Positions 19,742 to 30,179 of a DNA stretch of 64,000 bases are shown here, piece by piece. The DNA lies in NCBI GenBank assembly GCA_963666315.2, contig CAXXHG010000007.1, positions 56,020 to 120,019 of the forward strand, in the 5' to 3' direction. The stretch's first letter is position 1; each line of letters begins with the position of its first letter. Both the position numbers and the translations under genes were made by a program. The notes under the pieces were generated by a model. The model did not search any database and was not told the DNA's origin. It saw only the letters and a program-made list of their open reading frames with translations. This DNA is from Candidatus Binatia bacterium. GTDB lineage: Bacteria > Desulfobacterota > Binatia > Bin18.

Positions 19742-19866
19742 CGCAGTGGTAGTGTTATTCTTTTTCGCATGCAGCTGCAGATATCGTGATTATACAGTGA
19801 TATGCACGGCTACGCGTGTACTGCTATGAATACTCAACAGCTCTAGGCAGTGAGAAAGTTCCTCAT

Positions 19867-20613
19867 ATGGTCGGCAGGCTCAGAAAATCAGTGAGATTTG
19901 GCCTCTCCGCGCACCTCCTTCTTATCATGCTGCTGACACACACCGGCTGCGTGCCAGGCGGACATACCGGCCAAGAAGACACAGGCTACACGTCCGCTCG
20001 GCACGCAATGGTGACACAGCAGATCAAAAAGCGGGGTATTCAGGATGAACGGGTCTTACACGCGCTCATCCACGTTCCTCGTCATCTGTTCGTTCCCCCT
20101 GTGTACAGGGACCGAGCTTACCAGGATGAGCCGCTGCCGATTGGGCAGGGCCAAACTATCTCCCAGCCGTATATTGTCGCCTTGATGAGTGAGCGTTTAC
20201 TCTTGACCGGAACAGAAAAGGTGCTGGAAATCGGCACGGGATCAGGCTATCAGGCGGCGGTTCTCAGTCATCTAGCCAAGCAGGTCTACTCGATTGAGAT
20301 TCTGCCTCAGCTTACGGACACGGCTCGCCAGCGGCTTCAACAATTAGGCTATACCAACGTCACGGTTATTCAGGCAGACGGAAATCTCGGCTGGGAACAA
20401 GAGAGCCCGTATGACGCCATCATCGTCACCGCCGCCGCCCGGCATATCCCGCCTGCACTCATACAACAATTGGCGGAAGGTGGACGCATGGTTCTCCCCG
20501 TTGAGCGCAACGAACAGCAACATCTGCTCAGACTGCATAGGCGGGACGGACAAATTATTGAGGAAGACCTGGGACTCGTCCGGTTTGTGCCCCTGGTGGG
20601 GGGAGATTCGTAG
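19867..20613 (+). CDS. pcm: Protein-L-isoaspartate O-methyltransferase
   Basis: VPRHLFV, GQTISQPYIVA, VLEIGTGSGYQAA, PYDAIIVTAAA, VRFVPL; start uncertain. Confidence 0.93.
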   Translation: MVGRLRKSVRFGLSAHLLLIMLLTHTGCVPGGHTGQEDTGYTSARHAMVTQQIKKRGIQDERVLHALIHVPRHLFVPPVYRDRAYQDEPLPIGQGQTISQPYIVALMSERLLLTGTEKVLEIGTGSGYQAAVLSHLAKQVYSIEILPQLTDTARQRLQQLGYTNVTVIQADGNLGWEQESPYDAIIVTAAARHIPPALIQQLAEGGRMVLPVERNEQQHLLRLHRRDGQIIEEDLGLVRFVPLVGGDS

Positions 20614-20663
20614 AGAAGGCGCCCCGCACTCTGGAGCGCGGGGCGCACGTAAGTAGCCGCTCG

Positions 20664-21176
20664 CTATTTCCGCCCTCCACGGCGCACGAGCAACTGGGCA
20701 TGCACATGGGCTGGATGAAGCTGGCACTTCACCTCAAACAAGCCTGCTTTGTCAGCGGTGAACTCGACCGTCTTGGACTCCCCACTATTGACCACTTCTT
20801 CGATGCTAAAGGCTGGAATAGAAAAACCATGGTTAGGTGGGTCGCCGGGAATCTTATTAATGATCTTGATCTGGACTTTCTCACCTTTCTCGACAATCAG
20901 CACTGAAGGTACAAACAATTTTGAGCCTTCATACAGCACGTTCACCACGGTGAACTTTCGAACCGCTGGCTCCCCAACTGCTGCGGATTGTAGTACGTCT
21001 GCCACTGCTTTCGTCGCCGATTCCGTCATCTGGTTAGCCGCCGTCTTGGTGGCTGAATCCTTCACTGCATCCGGCATAGATCCGACCTGTGCTTCGACCT
21101 GTCCCGCAAAACCACTGGCACTCAAAACCGTCGCAACAATCATACTTCCCGTTGTCTTCCAGCATTTCTGGATCAT
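20664..21176 (-). CDS. Exported cupredoxin-domain protein
   Basis: Signal peptide; HGFSI...CQLHPAH. Confidence 0.8.
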   Translation of the reverse strand: MIQKCWKTTGSMIVATVLSASGFAGQVEAQVGSMPDAVKDSATKTAANQMTESATKAVADVLQSAAVGEPAVRKFTVVNVLYEGSKLFVPSVLIVEKGEKVQIKIINKIPGDPPNHGFSIPAFSIEEVVNSGESKTVEFTADKAGLFEVKCQLHPAHVHAQLLVRRGGRK

Positions 21177-21420
21177 GCCATCCTCCTTCACCGAGATAAG
21201 ATAATTTTAGTGAGCCACAACCACCAACGGATTGCAACTTTTGGGTCATTTGACATGTTTGTCGCCATTGTTGGACGAGGGTCGGGAGCCGCCGTAGCGG
21301 GCGGGCGACACACAAACGCGCCCCATCTCACAGGGAAAGATGTGAGCGAATTAGAGCAAGCCATCGAAGAAGCGCCCAAACCCTATTGATTTGACCCCGT
21401 CCCAATCTCGGTACTGCAGC

Positions 21421-21511
21421 CCCGATCCAGCGCCCGGTACTGGACAGCCTGAGCAATATGCGCACTGGTGCGGGCGCTGAGGCCGAGGCGTTGCATGGCC
21501 TGCTCTAACAG
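21421..21511 (-). pseudogene. C-terminal remnant of ComM/YifB Mg-chelatase-like ATPase with internal deletion
   Basis: LLEQAMQRLGLSAR joined to SAHIAQAVQYRALDR; the usual ILKVARTIADL segment is missing. Confidence 0.65.
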
Positions 21512-21886
21512 TTATCCAGTCCGACACAGCCAGCGACTAAAAAACTGCCGATTCCGCGCCACCAGCCAATAGCCACCCTCGATACACCAAATCAGCAAAG
21601 GCAGGCTTCCGAGTCGAGCCAGGCGGGAATACCCAACTTTCTCCAGAACATACAAACAGGCTCGCCCTGCCGAAAGCATATTCCCTTCTGGCGTCAAGAC
21701 ATGCACGGCACGTTCACACCGCTGGGCAAGCGTGTCTGTCATGGGCGGCCGAGGGGCGTCTTGATACGGCACGGCCTGAATCTGATCAGTCGAATCACGC
21801 TGCTTGACCCAGGCAATCGCCTGCTGGCAAAAGCCGCATTCTCCGTCCCAGAAAAGCCAGATGGGTTGGGCCACAGAAGATTCCAT
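21512..21886 (-). CDS. DCC1-like thiol-disulfide oxidoreductase (DUF393)
   Basis: WDGECGFC, YWLVARNR. Confidence 0.88.
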   Translation of the reverse strand: MESSVAQPIWLFWDGECGFCQQAIAWVKQRDSTDQIQAVPYQDAPRPPMTDTLAQRCERAVHVLTPEGNMLSAGRACLYVLEKVGYSRLARLGSLPLLIWCIEGGYWLVARNRQFFSRWLCRTG

Positions 21887-21890
21887 CTTT

Positions 21891-22466
21891 CTATTGCTCT
21901 TCAGCTGAAGCGGGTTCTTCAGCTGAAGAGTCCGCTTGAAGAATGCCCAACTGTCGCAGCTCCTCTAATACCCGTTCTCGGTGGGTTGCTCCCCAATACA
22001 CCCGATGACATTTTTTGCAGCAAAGGAAGGTGGAGTGTGTTTGCCACACATATTCCGGTACGCGCTGCTGGACATGCGCCCGCTCTACGGCTGCTAATTC
22101 CTGGTTACACACACTACAGCGAGTGAGCAGATATGTTGAGACATCAAGCTGCAAGTCTGTACACACCTGCTTGAGCTGATCGCGGAAACGATCACTTTGA
22201 ATGAAAACGAACGGTGGAACGTCTTTCTGGTTCAGAAAACATGTACTCCGCGTCAGCAGAAGGCGGCCCTGACGGCGGGCTTCACGTTTCACACCTTCAG
22301 GTGAAAGCTGCGGCAGATAGACGGTGTCATACCCAATAATACGGAGCCATTTCGCTAATTTGCCGACCATACGATCCGCCAAAAAACGGGGAGGTATAGC
22401 GGCAGACGTGTCTGGGCTTGGCCCGGACGTAGCTGAGCCAGGCTCAGGATTCTGGTCAGAAATCAT
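21891..22466 (-). CDS. Mut7-C RNase (PIN) domain protein
   Basis: FLADRMVGKLAKWLRIIGYD, RCSVCN, CKKCHRVYWGATH. Confidence 0.9.
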   Translation of the reverse strand: MISDQNPEPGSATSGPSPDTSAAIPPRFLADRMVGKLAKWLRIIGYDTVYLPQLSPEGVKREARRQGRLLLTRSTCFLNQKDVPPFVFIQSDRFRDQLKQVCTDLQLDVSTYLLTRCSVCNQELAAVERAHVQQRVPEYVWQTHSTFLCCKKCHRVYWGATHRERVLEELRQLGILQADSSAEEPASAEEQ

Positions 22467-22549
22467 GATGAGAAGACCTCAAGGATTTGTTCCGCGACCC
22501 GATTTCACCGTAGAGTAAGAAAATAGGCAAGACAAGGGTTCCAGACTGT

Positions 22550-24093
22550 ATGAAACGTGTCATTAGTATCAGTATTGTATTGTTCTGGCTGGTCATGATC
22601 GGCTTACTGGTTCAACGCACCCAGGGTACCCTGGGCACCGTGCGCAGCCTGCCGACAACTGGGCGTGTTCAGGCAAAACTGCTGTCCCAGGTAGTCGAGC
22701 CTATACTACAGCCGCAAGAAAAATGGATGGGCATCTACCATCAGGGCCGCAAAATTGGCTACCTGCACCGCCGGCTGACACCCGCGGCCTCCGGTTATCA
22801 ATGGACCGAGCAGTGGCGGATGAAACTCCAGGTCCTGGGCACGCCACAAACGATACAAACTGACGTGCAGGCCAATACCGACCAGCACTATGCGCTGAAC
22901 GATTTCTCCTTTCGCTTGCGAAGCGCTGGAACCGAGTTTCATGTTGCAGGACAGGTTACTCTGACACAGGCTAGCCTCACAGAAGAAAGCAAGACCACAG
23001 CACCCTCCACCTCTCGCTCCCTGCAGGGCACGCTGACAGCCGGGGGCGAGCCGCCCCATTTTCTTTCGTACTGCACGAGCCCCTCTATTCGCCTTCTTTA
23101 ACCCAGATGGCTCTGCAAAATGTAAAACTCGAGCCTGGAGATGTGCATGAGTTTTCAGTTTTCAATCCGCTCTCCAGCCGGCCCGACACTATCGCCCTGA
23201 CAACGGTCGGACCGGAGATACTGGCCCTCAATGGCGCGCCCCAAGAAGTCACAATAATTGCCACCCAGTATGCAAGCATGACCGCTCACGCCTGGCTCGA
23301 CCAGGCCGGGAACGTGGTCAAGGAAGAAGCGGCGTTCGGCCTCGTGCTCCTGCAGGAAAATCAGCAGACTGCCTTAGCCCAGGGCTGGCAGGATAACACG
23401 CCGCTGGATCTGGTTGTTTCGACCGCAATTCCTGTTCACACGGCTCTGCCGTATCCGCGGCAACTGACCCAGTTGCGTTTTACAGTGAATGGCCTAGACG
23501 AAGACCGAGCCTTTGTCTTCCCGCCCCGCCAGCGATATCAGGATGCAGTCTTGACGGTCACACAAGAGGACGTGGCTCGTTTCTCCACCTATCCATTGCC
23601 CGCCACTGATCCCGCGTTTCGCGCTGAGCTGGAGCCCACGCCGTTTCTGCAGAGCAGACATCCAAAAATCATGGCCCAAGCCCAGCGTATTGTGAGAGCG
23701 GAAGACGACGTACGGCAGGCTGTTCAACTCTTACTTGACTGGACGCATCAGGCGTTAGAACAAGTGCCGACGGTGAGCGTCCCGACCGCGCTTGCCGTGC
23801 TGGAAACGCGCACGGGCGACTGTAACGAACACGCTGTCCTCTTTACCACACTGGCCCGCGCGGTCGGCATTCCTCCGCGTGTTGTCGTCGGCGTCGTCTA
23901 TCTTGAGCGTACATTTTACTATCACGCCTGGTCTGAGGTGTGGCTGGGCCAGTGGGTGGCCGGTGATCCCATATTCTATCAGTTTCCAGCGGATGCCGCC
24001 CACATCAAATTTTTAGCAGGCGGTCCGGAAAAGCACCTCGCGCTGCTCAAAATTATCGGCCGAATAGGAATAGACATCGTCGACTATCAGTAG
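22550..24093 (+). pseudogene. Transglutaminase-like exported protein, one frameshift near 23050
   Basis: WMGIYHQGRKIGY in the first frame; GDCNEHA, YHAWSEV, GDP in the second; second frame reads openly upstream of its ATG (APFSFVLHEPLY). Confidence 0.82.
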
Positions 24094-24122
24094 ACTATCA
24101 ATAGTCTGGACTATCAGTAGTC
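24081..24122. repeat. Short GACTATCA(G/A)TAG repeat x3 across the stop codon
   Basis: gactatcagta gactatcaatagtctg gactatcagtagtc. Confidence 0.7.
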
Positions 24123-24157
24123 GGACAGACAGATTTCACAGGAAGGCTCTCTCTCAC

Positions 24158-24535
24158 ATGATACACATCGACCATCTAACCAAGTGGATCGGTTCCTTCA
24201 CCGCCGTCGACGAGCTGTGCCTCGACATTCGTGAAAGCGAGATTTTCGGCTTCCTCGGCCCGAACGGCGCGGGCAAGACCACCACCATCCGCATGATGAT
24301 GGGTCTCCTCAAGCCGACTGCCGGGCGGATTGTATTAGGCGACTACGATTTGGCTATTGACCCGATTGCGGCGAAAGCGCAGACCGGATTTGTTCCGGAC
24401 CAACCGCATGTCTACGACAAAATCACCGGTCGAGAGTTTCTCCATTTTGTGGGTGGTCTCTACCAGATGCCCGCTTCCAGCCTGCATCAAAAGACTGAGG
24501 AGTCGCTCAGCACTTTTAGCCTCTTAGAGTGGGGC
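24158..24535 (+). pseudogene. ABC transporter ATP-binding protein, truncated
   Basis: Walker A GPNGAGKTT present; family-like sequence stops at LLEWG, before the signature and Walker B motifs. Confidence 0.85.
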
Positions 24536-25261
24536 CGGAATGGGCTCCGGCGTCGAGACCGAGCCGGGCGCCGCAAGGCAGTGATCTTGAGTTCTGTGAA
24601 GAGCAGCGATTACAGCCGTTCAAAGGCATTGTTAAAGTACGCGGCAAATTGCTGCGGTTTCCTGATGACATGGAACGGGACGATATTACTCGGTCAATCG
24701 AGCATGAATTTTTGCCGATGATCGAAAAGGAAAAGACGGACGTACCGCCGCCATCGGAAGGGATGATGCTGGGTGCATCTTTTGGGACACAACCTTTGGC
24801 GCCGGGAGAATATGTGATCGAGTTGGACACGCCCGGCACGATTATCAGCGGTGACTATGACAATGCGCCGTGACTGACGCAAGTAATCGTAGTTTCTGGG
24901 TCTCAAAAAAAGGACATGGTTCTGGCTGAGAGCAATCTGATTCGATTGAGTGGCCTATGGGCGCATGAGCAGGACGATGATTCCATGGTGTTAACCGGCA
25001 ACCTGGGTGGTGGTGCTCGGGTCGTCGTATTGCCCATACGGGACAAGGGTTCGTCTAAGGAACCGGCAGGTTGGGTATCGATCCGAAGCTTCAGATAAAC
25101 CCTACACCCGCCTGAGGACCTATCTGGGAAGTAGTTTGGATATAGACCTGCCCGAGATCGTGCCATAGAGGGCGAATATGGGCGTCTGGGATGGGCTGGA
25201 GGGCGTGTGCCTCGATCGGCATGAGCGCTGTATCCATATTTTGTCCTCTTCTCACTGAACG

Positions 25262-25665
25262 CAACAAAAAGGATATTTTGGGAACGTCGTCCATCGTGTG
25301 CCGGTAATGATTACGGCATGAATGCCTGTCGCTGGTTGTCTTATCTTGTCCTGCTTATTGGTACGTTGTGATCCTCTTCGCTCTTTATAGCGGCGAGCGA
25401 GGAAAAGCAGCACGCGCAGGAAGCAGACTCGGCCCTTGTCCAGAAACCGGAGATCGCTGACGAAAACCCTGGTCCCGATGTCCTGACTCACGAATATTGC
25501 TCTGCCTGCCATAGCTTTCGACTGGTCGAGGCGCAACGACTGAATCGGGCCACCTGGGCGTGGGTGATGGAGGATATGGTCGAGAAGTTTGGCGCAGGTT
25601 GGATTACGCTGGATGAGCAAAAGATCATTATTGATTATCTTGTGGAACAGTACGGACCGGAGTAA
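25262..25665 (+). pseudogene. Remnant of SorA-like sulfite oxidase C-terminus plus SorB-like monoheme cytochrome c with in-frame TGA
   Basis: KGYFGNVVHRVPVMITA* overlaps (ATGA) an ORF at 25318-25665 with signal peptide, TGA at 25369, CSACH and RATWAWVMEDM. Confidence 0.65.
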
Positions 25666-25702
25666 TAGAGACTGGCAGTTTGTTAGAGCTCAAATGAGGG
25701 GT

Positions 25703-25796
25703 CTGTCATTCTGAACCGAAGCAGCGCGAAGGTGAAGAATCTCTCAGGCGTACAGGACGAAGAGATTCTTCGTCGCGAGGCTCCTCAGAATGACAG
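25703..25796. repeat. REP-like palindromic element
   Basis: CTGTCATTCTGA...GAAGAATCTCT...AGAGATTCTTC...TCAGAATGACAG. Confidence 0.8.
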
Positions 25797-25857
25797 GCAT
25801 AGAATCGGTACTGAAAAAGTACGAGAGCAACAGCAAGGATCTGAAAAGGGGGGCAGT

Positions 25858-26619
25858 ATGGTAGGACAGTTAGACGGGAAAGTTGCCCTGATTACGGGCG
25901 CAAGTTCTGGCATTGGCCGGGCGTCAGCCCTGGCCTTTGCGCGTGAGGGAGCGAAGGTTGTGGTTGCGGATGTCGACGTTGCTGGCGGAGAAGAAACCGT
26001 TCAAATGGTCAAGCAGGCAGCGGGCGAGGCACTTTTTGTGAAAACCGATGTCTCACAGGCAGCTGAAGTTGAAGCCCTTGTGAATACGACAGTTAATATG
26101 TATGGCCGGTTGGACTATGCGCACAATAATGCCGGCATTGAGGGCATGGTCCTGACGCCGACCGCCGATTGGACTGAAGAAGCCTGGAACCAGATCATTA
26201 GTATTAATCTTAAAGGTGTGTGGTTAGGCATGAAATATCAGATCCCTCAGATGCTCAAGCAGGGTGGGGGGGCTATCGTAAATACGGCATCAATAGCTGG
26301 ATTGGTGGGAAGTCGTTCGGCTGGCTATGGGGCGAGTAAACACGGCATTGTCGGGCTCACGAAAACAGCGGCGCTAGAATATGCAAAGTCCGGCGTTCGA
26401 GTGAATGCGGTCTGTCCAGGTGTGATCCGAACGCCGATGGTTCAGCGAAGTTTAGATCGTATGCCCGAGCTTGAAGAGCGATTTGTTGAAGTGGAACCCA
26501 TAGGACGCATTGGCCGACCCGAGGAGGTTGCAGAAGCTGCAGTCTGGTTGTGCTCGGACGCGGCGTCGTTCGTCACCGGACACGCTATGACCGTAGACGG
26601 AGGATATGTGGCTCAGTAG
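25858..26619 (+). CDS. Short-chain dehydrogenase/reductase
   Basis: TGASSGIG, NNAG, YGASK, VNAVCPG, VDGG. Confidence 0.95.
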   Translation: MVGQLDGKVALITGASSGIGRASALAFAREGAKVVVADVDVAGGEETVQMVKQAAGEALFVKTDVSQAAEVEALVNTTVNMYGRLDYAHNNAGIEGMVLTPTADWTEEAWNQIISINLKGVWLGMKYQIPQMLKQGGGAIVNTASIAGLVGSRSAGYGASKHGIVGLTKTAALEYAKSGVRVNAVCPGVIRTPMVQRSLDRMPELEERFVEVEPIGRIGRPEEVAEAAVWLCSDAASFVTGHAMTVDGGYVAQ

Positions 26620-26669
26620 TACCGCGTCAATATAAACCTGCGCGTTATGGGATGCATTCTGACGGAACC

Positions 26670-26769
26670 CGTTCGGTCTGAGCGTAGTGTGAGCGAAGTC
26701 GAAGACCCGAGCCCGTGCGGAGGACGCCCTTTGACTTTGCCGCCGGCGCGGCGACGCTCAGGACGAATG
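26670..26769. repeat. REP-like palindromic element between convergent genes
   Basis: GTTCGGTCTGAGCGT...GAAGTCGAAG...CTTTGACTTT...ACGCTCAGGACGAA. Confidence 0.7.
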
Positions 26770-26825
26770 TTGAGACCACACCGTACAGCTTTAGATTGGA
26801 CATGCTGGCAGCACCCTTTTTAGTA

Positions 26826-27710
26826 CTACCGAAATTGACGAATCAGCTCAGCGCCCTTTTCTAATATGGGCCATTGGATCTCTGGAGTGGCTGGCTCAAT
26901 CAGAAAAACAATCCGCGTAAAGCCCAGATCAATGAGTTCGTGGAGCCGCTTAATGGCATTCGGTGCGGCCTGCGCGTACGCGGTTAAGACCCAGGTGATC
27001 ACCGTCAAGTCAAATTCATCCATTGTCCGTCCGACTCTGATCGCTTCTGTTCTGATGGTGTTGAGACCATTCGACAGTTCATCCAGTCCTTCGACCAAAC
27101 CATCTACCGGAAACCAGCCATCGCAGTATTCGACTATGCGCTTGGGTGACCACTTAGAACTGGCTCCCAGGAGTATTGGTGGCCCTCCGGCTTGAAGGGG
27201 CTTCGGCCAGCACCACATAGGATCAAAGTTCAAGAACTGTCCGTGGAACTCTGCAACCTCTTTGGTCCAGATTTCGCGCATAGCAAGGACATTTTCGCGA
27301 GTGACCTTCCATCGATCTTTGAATGCTACTCCGTGGTCGGCCATCTCTTCTGCGTTCCAGCCTGCTCCGATGCCAAACAAGAAGCGCCCGTTGGAAACGT
27401 GGTCTAGACAGGCGACTTCTTTGGCCAGGGTAATCGGATGATGTTCCGGGACTAGACAGACTGAGGTACCAACCCTGAGCTTCTGCGTTACTGCCGCTGC
27501 GGCAGTCAAGCCGATAAAGGGATCAAAAAACTCACTATAGTAGCTTGGGAGGTTGCCGCCGCCGGGAAACGGACTGATGCGGCTGGTCGGAATATGAGTA
27601 TGTTCTCCAAAGAAAAGAGATTCAAAACCATGCTCTTCCAGCCAGCGTGCGAGATCTATGGGTTGGATCGTATAATGAGTCGGTATGGTCACAATTCCAA
27701 AATCTGCCAT
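26826..27710 (-). CDS. LLM-class (probably F420-dependent) oxidoreductase
   Basis: GFESLFFGEHTHIP, DPFIGL, SNGRFLFGIGAGWNAEEM, PKPLQ. Confidence 0.9.
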   Translation of the reverse strand: MADFGIVTIPTHYTIQPIDLARWLEEHGFESLFFGEHTHIPTSRISPFPGGGNLPSYYSEFFDPFIGLTAAAAVTQKLRVGTSVCLVPEHHPITLAKEVACLDHVSNGRFLFGIGAGWNAEEMADHGVAFKDRWKVTRENVLAMREIWTKEVAEFHGQFLNFDPMWCWPKPLQAGGPPILLGASSKWSPKRIVEYCDGWFPVDGLVEGLDELSNGLNTIRTEAIRVGRTMDEFDLTVITWVLTAYAQAAPNAIKRLHELIDLGFTRIVFLIEPATPEIQWPILEKGAELIRQFR

Positions 27711-27748
27711 CTCCGTCCCTCCTTTTATGTCGACATGGCTGGCTGATC

Positions 27749-27787
27749 TTTGGCGATGCGATCACGCGAGGGTGATCGCGTCGCCAA
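27749..27787. repeat. Long inverted repeat in divergent promoter region
   Basis: TTGGCGATGCGATCAC-gcgagg-GTGATCGCGTCGCCAA. Confidence 0.7.
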
Positions 27788-27900
27788 TCTTGTCAATCTG
27801 CAATTTAGCTGAAATGATACAAAATGTATTGCCTACGGGGGCGATCATTATCTAACTAGTCCCGCAGCGGTAGAGCGTGGGAAGCAAGAAAGGAACGACT

Positions 27901-29025
27901 ATGCGGCTTGGAATGTCGATGGTGTTTCAGAACCATAAGCAATACGACGACCGGGAAATGTACAAACAAGAGACTCGCTTGGCAATCAAAGCCGAGGAAT
28001 TGGGTTTTGATATCATATGGCCGGTCGAGCATCATTTCTTTGATTACGCGATGTGTCCTGACAACATGCAATTCCTGAGCTATCTTGCTGCGCGAACCGA
28101 ACGCATCCAACTCGCAACTGGCGTAATTATTCTGCCCTGGAATGATCCTTTGCGGGTTGTTGAAAAGATGGTCCTGTTGGATCATCTATCGGACGGACGG
28201 GCAGTCCTTGGCCTGGGTCGTGGGCTCGCCCAGCGCGAGTACCGTGGCTTTGGCGTAGATATGGCCGAAGCGCGTGACCGATTCAACCAAGCGGCTGAGA
28301 TTATTCTCACTGGTCTGGAAGAAGGCGTTGTTGAAGCGGACACCACCTATTATAAGCAGGCTCGCGTTGAGGTGCGTCCCCGTCCGCTTCAAAGTTTCAA
28401 AGGCCGTCGGTATATGGTCTGTATGTCTCCGGAGTCGTTCGAGGTAGCGGGTCGGTTGGGCTTAGGCGCAATGATGTTCTCCCAAGCCTCGTGGGATCAG
28501 GTTGCTGACAATATCTGGAACTACCGTGAGCTGTATCGGAAGCACAATAATGGGGAAGAAGCGCCTCCCGTGACTTGTGGCGATTTTGTTGCGTGTTATG
28601 AGGACAAGAAGAAAGCTGAGGAAGTTGCCCGTAAACATATCGTGGGCTACTACTGGGCCGTGATGGAGCACTACGAAATGCTGAGTGATCACTTTGCGAA
28701 AGCTGGCAAGTCCTATCAACACTATGCACAGGCAGCAGAGATGCTGAAGCAGCTTGACTCGGACGTGGTTGTTGAGGGCTTTTTGAATGCCAACTTATGG
28801 GGTAGCCCAGACATGCTGCTGAAGAAGCTCGAACAGCGCCGTGAGATTATTGGTGACTTTGAGGTTATCGGCTGTTTTAGTTATCAGAGTCAGCCGTATG
28901 ATCAGGTTGAGCGTTGCATGCAGTTGTTCGCCAAAGAGGTCGGCCCAGAGCTTAAGAGTTGGACTCCTCAGACTAGCTCAGCGCCGGTCAATGTTAATGC
29001 TGTAACAACTAGTGTCGGTAGGTAA
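27901..29025 (+). CDS. LLM-class flavin-dependent oxidoreductase
   Basis: AEELGFDIIWPVEHHF, LDHLSDGRAVLGLGRG, VRPRP. Confidence 0.92.
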   Translation: MRLGMSMVFQNHKQYDDREMYKQETRLAIKAEELGFDIIWPVEHHFFDYAMCPDNMQFLSYLAARTERIQLATGVIILPWNDPLRVVEKMVLLDHLSDGRAVLGLGRGLAQREYRGFGVDMAEARDRFNQAAEIILTGLEEGVVEADTTYYKQARVEVRPRPLQSFKGRRYMVCMSPESFEVAGRLGLGAMMFSQASWDQVADNIWNYRELYRKHNNGEEAPPVTCGDFVACYEDKKKAEEVARKHIVGYYWAVMEHYEMLSDHFAKAGKSYQHYAQAAEMLKQLDSDVVVEGFLNANLWGSPDMLLKKLEQRREIIGDFEVIGCFSYQSQPYDQVERCMQLFAKEVGPELKSWTPQTSSAPVNVNAVTTSVGR

Positions 29026-29070
29026 TGCAAGAATCAATACTGCGATAAAGGAAGAGAAGGAGGCCATAAA

Positions 29071-29233
29071 ATGGCGGGACAGTTGGATTGAAAAGTTGCG
29101 TTCGTCACGGGTGCGGGGTCAGGCATTGGACGGGCGTGGCGTCGCACAGGATAATAGCCAAGCTATCTTCTGGTACCGTAAGGCGGCAGCCCAGGCCCAT
29201 GCGGCAGTACGGAAAAACCTAGGGTGGAGGTAG
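29071..29233 (+). pseudogene. SDR N-terminal stub fused to a single Sel1-like repeat stub
   Basis: MAGQLD*KVAFVTGAGSGIGRA, then in another frame GVAQDNSQAIFWYRKAAAQAHAAVRKNLG. Confidence 0.7.
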
Positions 29234-29309
29234 TACTTTGGACATGACCCTTGGATGAACGCCTAATGCCGAAGACGCAATGGAACCTTGGGTAATGTAT
29301 GACTTCGGT

Positions 29310-29376
29310 GCGCTGTTCCTCGATGCCCCGGAGCCGTTCTCGTCCTCAGCACCCTTTGATGTCGTGCCATAACGGG
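29310..29376 (+). repeat. 67-bp direct repeat A (partner at 51504-51570)
   Basis: 8 mismatches in 67 bp by manual alignment; encodes ALFLDAPEPxSSxxPFDVVP*. Confidence 0.9.
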
Positions 29377-29411
29377 TAGTAAGCATTTTACTGCGCTGGT
29401 ACACGCTAAGG
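29374..29411 (+). repeat. 38-bp direct repeat B (partner at 49621-49658)
   Basis: gggtaStaagcaKWttactgcgctgRtacacgctaagg, 4 mismatches. Confidence 0.85.
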
Positions 29412-29953
29412 TGTCCCAGCTTTCGCTTGCGCTGATGGAGCCGTGGTGGGAAACGTGGCCGTGCAGGGGCTGCAGACCAACACGGCAGATGGTTTTGTGT
29501 GCGTGGATGGTATCGCGGGCAACACGGCGACATGTACGTTTCAGGGGAACATCGACACGTCCGCCAATTCGCTGCTTTCCAGTATCGCCACGGCAGATGA
29601 TGTGAGTACGGTAACGCGTCCGGTTACGGCTGCGTTAGTGAAGCGTCTGAATGCGCAAATCGCCCGCCTACAAGAGCAAGAGCAGGCGCTTCGCGTCCGA
29701 GCAGAGAGCATAGACAATGAGCAGTTGCAGTAGCAGCTCCACCAGCTCTGTGACAAACTCAGCGCCTTGCAAGTGAGGCTGGCAGCACGCCGGGATGGGC
29801 GGTCACCGTGGGAAGAATACGTCAGTATTGATTAGGCGGGCTCCTAAAAAGTCAGGGAAGCTGCGCCAAATAAAATGATTACGCGGCTTCTCCCACTTCT
29901 CATTCCAACAGTTGATTCATCGCCCTAGAGCAGGCCCTTCCAAGTGCGCCCGT

Positions 29954-30106
29954 CTAATCCAGCGCCTTGACCATCTCAACCCTTTCTTCGAGGGTGCGGT
30001 GGATATAGCGTCGAGTCGTATCATAGCGCGCATGGCCGAGTTCACTTTGGAGGGCATCCACGTCTTGGAATTTCTTCTAATGCCGGGTCGCAAACCCATG
30101 CCGGAA
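29954..30106 (-). pseudogene. Tyrosine integrase C-terminal stub, copy 1
   Basis: FRHGFATRH*KKFQDVDALQSELGHARYDTTRRYIHRTLEERVEMVKALD*. Confidence 0.82.
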
Positions 30107-30179
30107 ACCCTGGCTAATTGTCAATGATGTCCAGCTCTTCCGGTGCGGACATGTAAGGACAGCGCCATGCATGCCGTTG

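Noticed and set aside
25369-25371. In-frame TGA as selenocysteine or genetic-code change
   Set aside because: It lies in a signal peptide, no SECIS is evident, and TGA is a normal stop for other genes here.
25703-26769. REP palindromes as novel ncRNAs
   Set aside because: They fit common intergenic REP-type palindromes and no promoter is evident.
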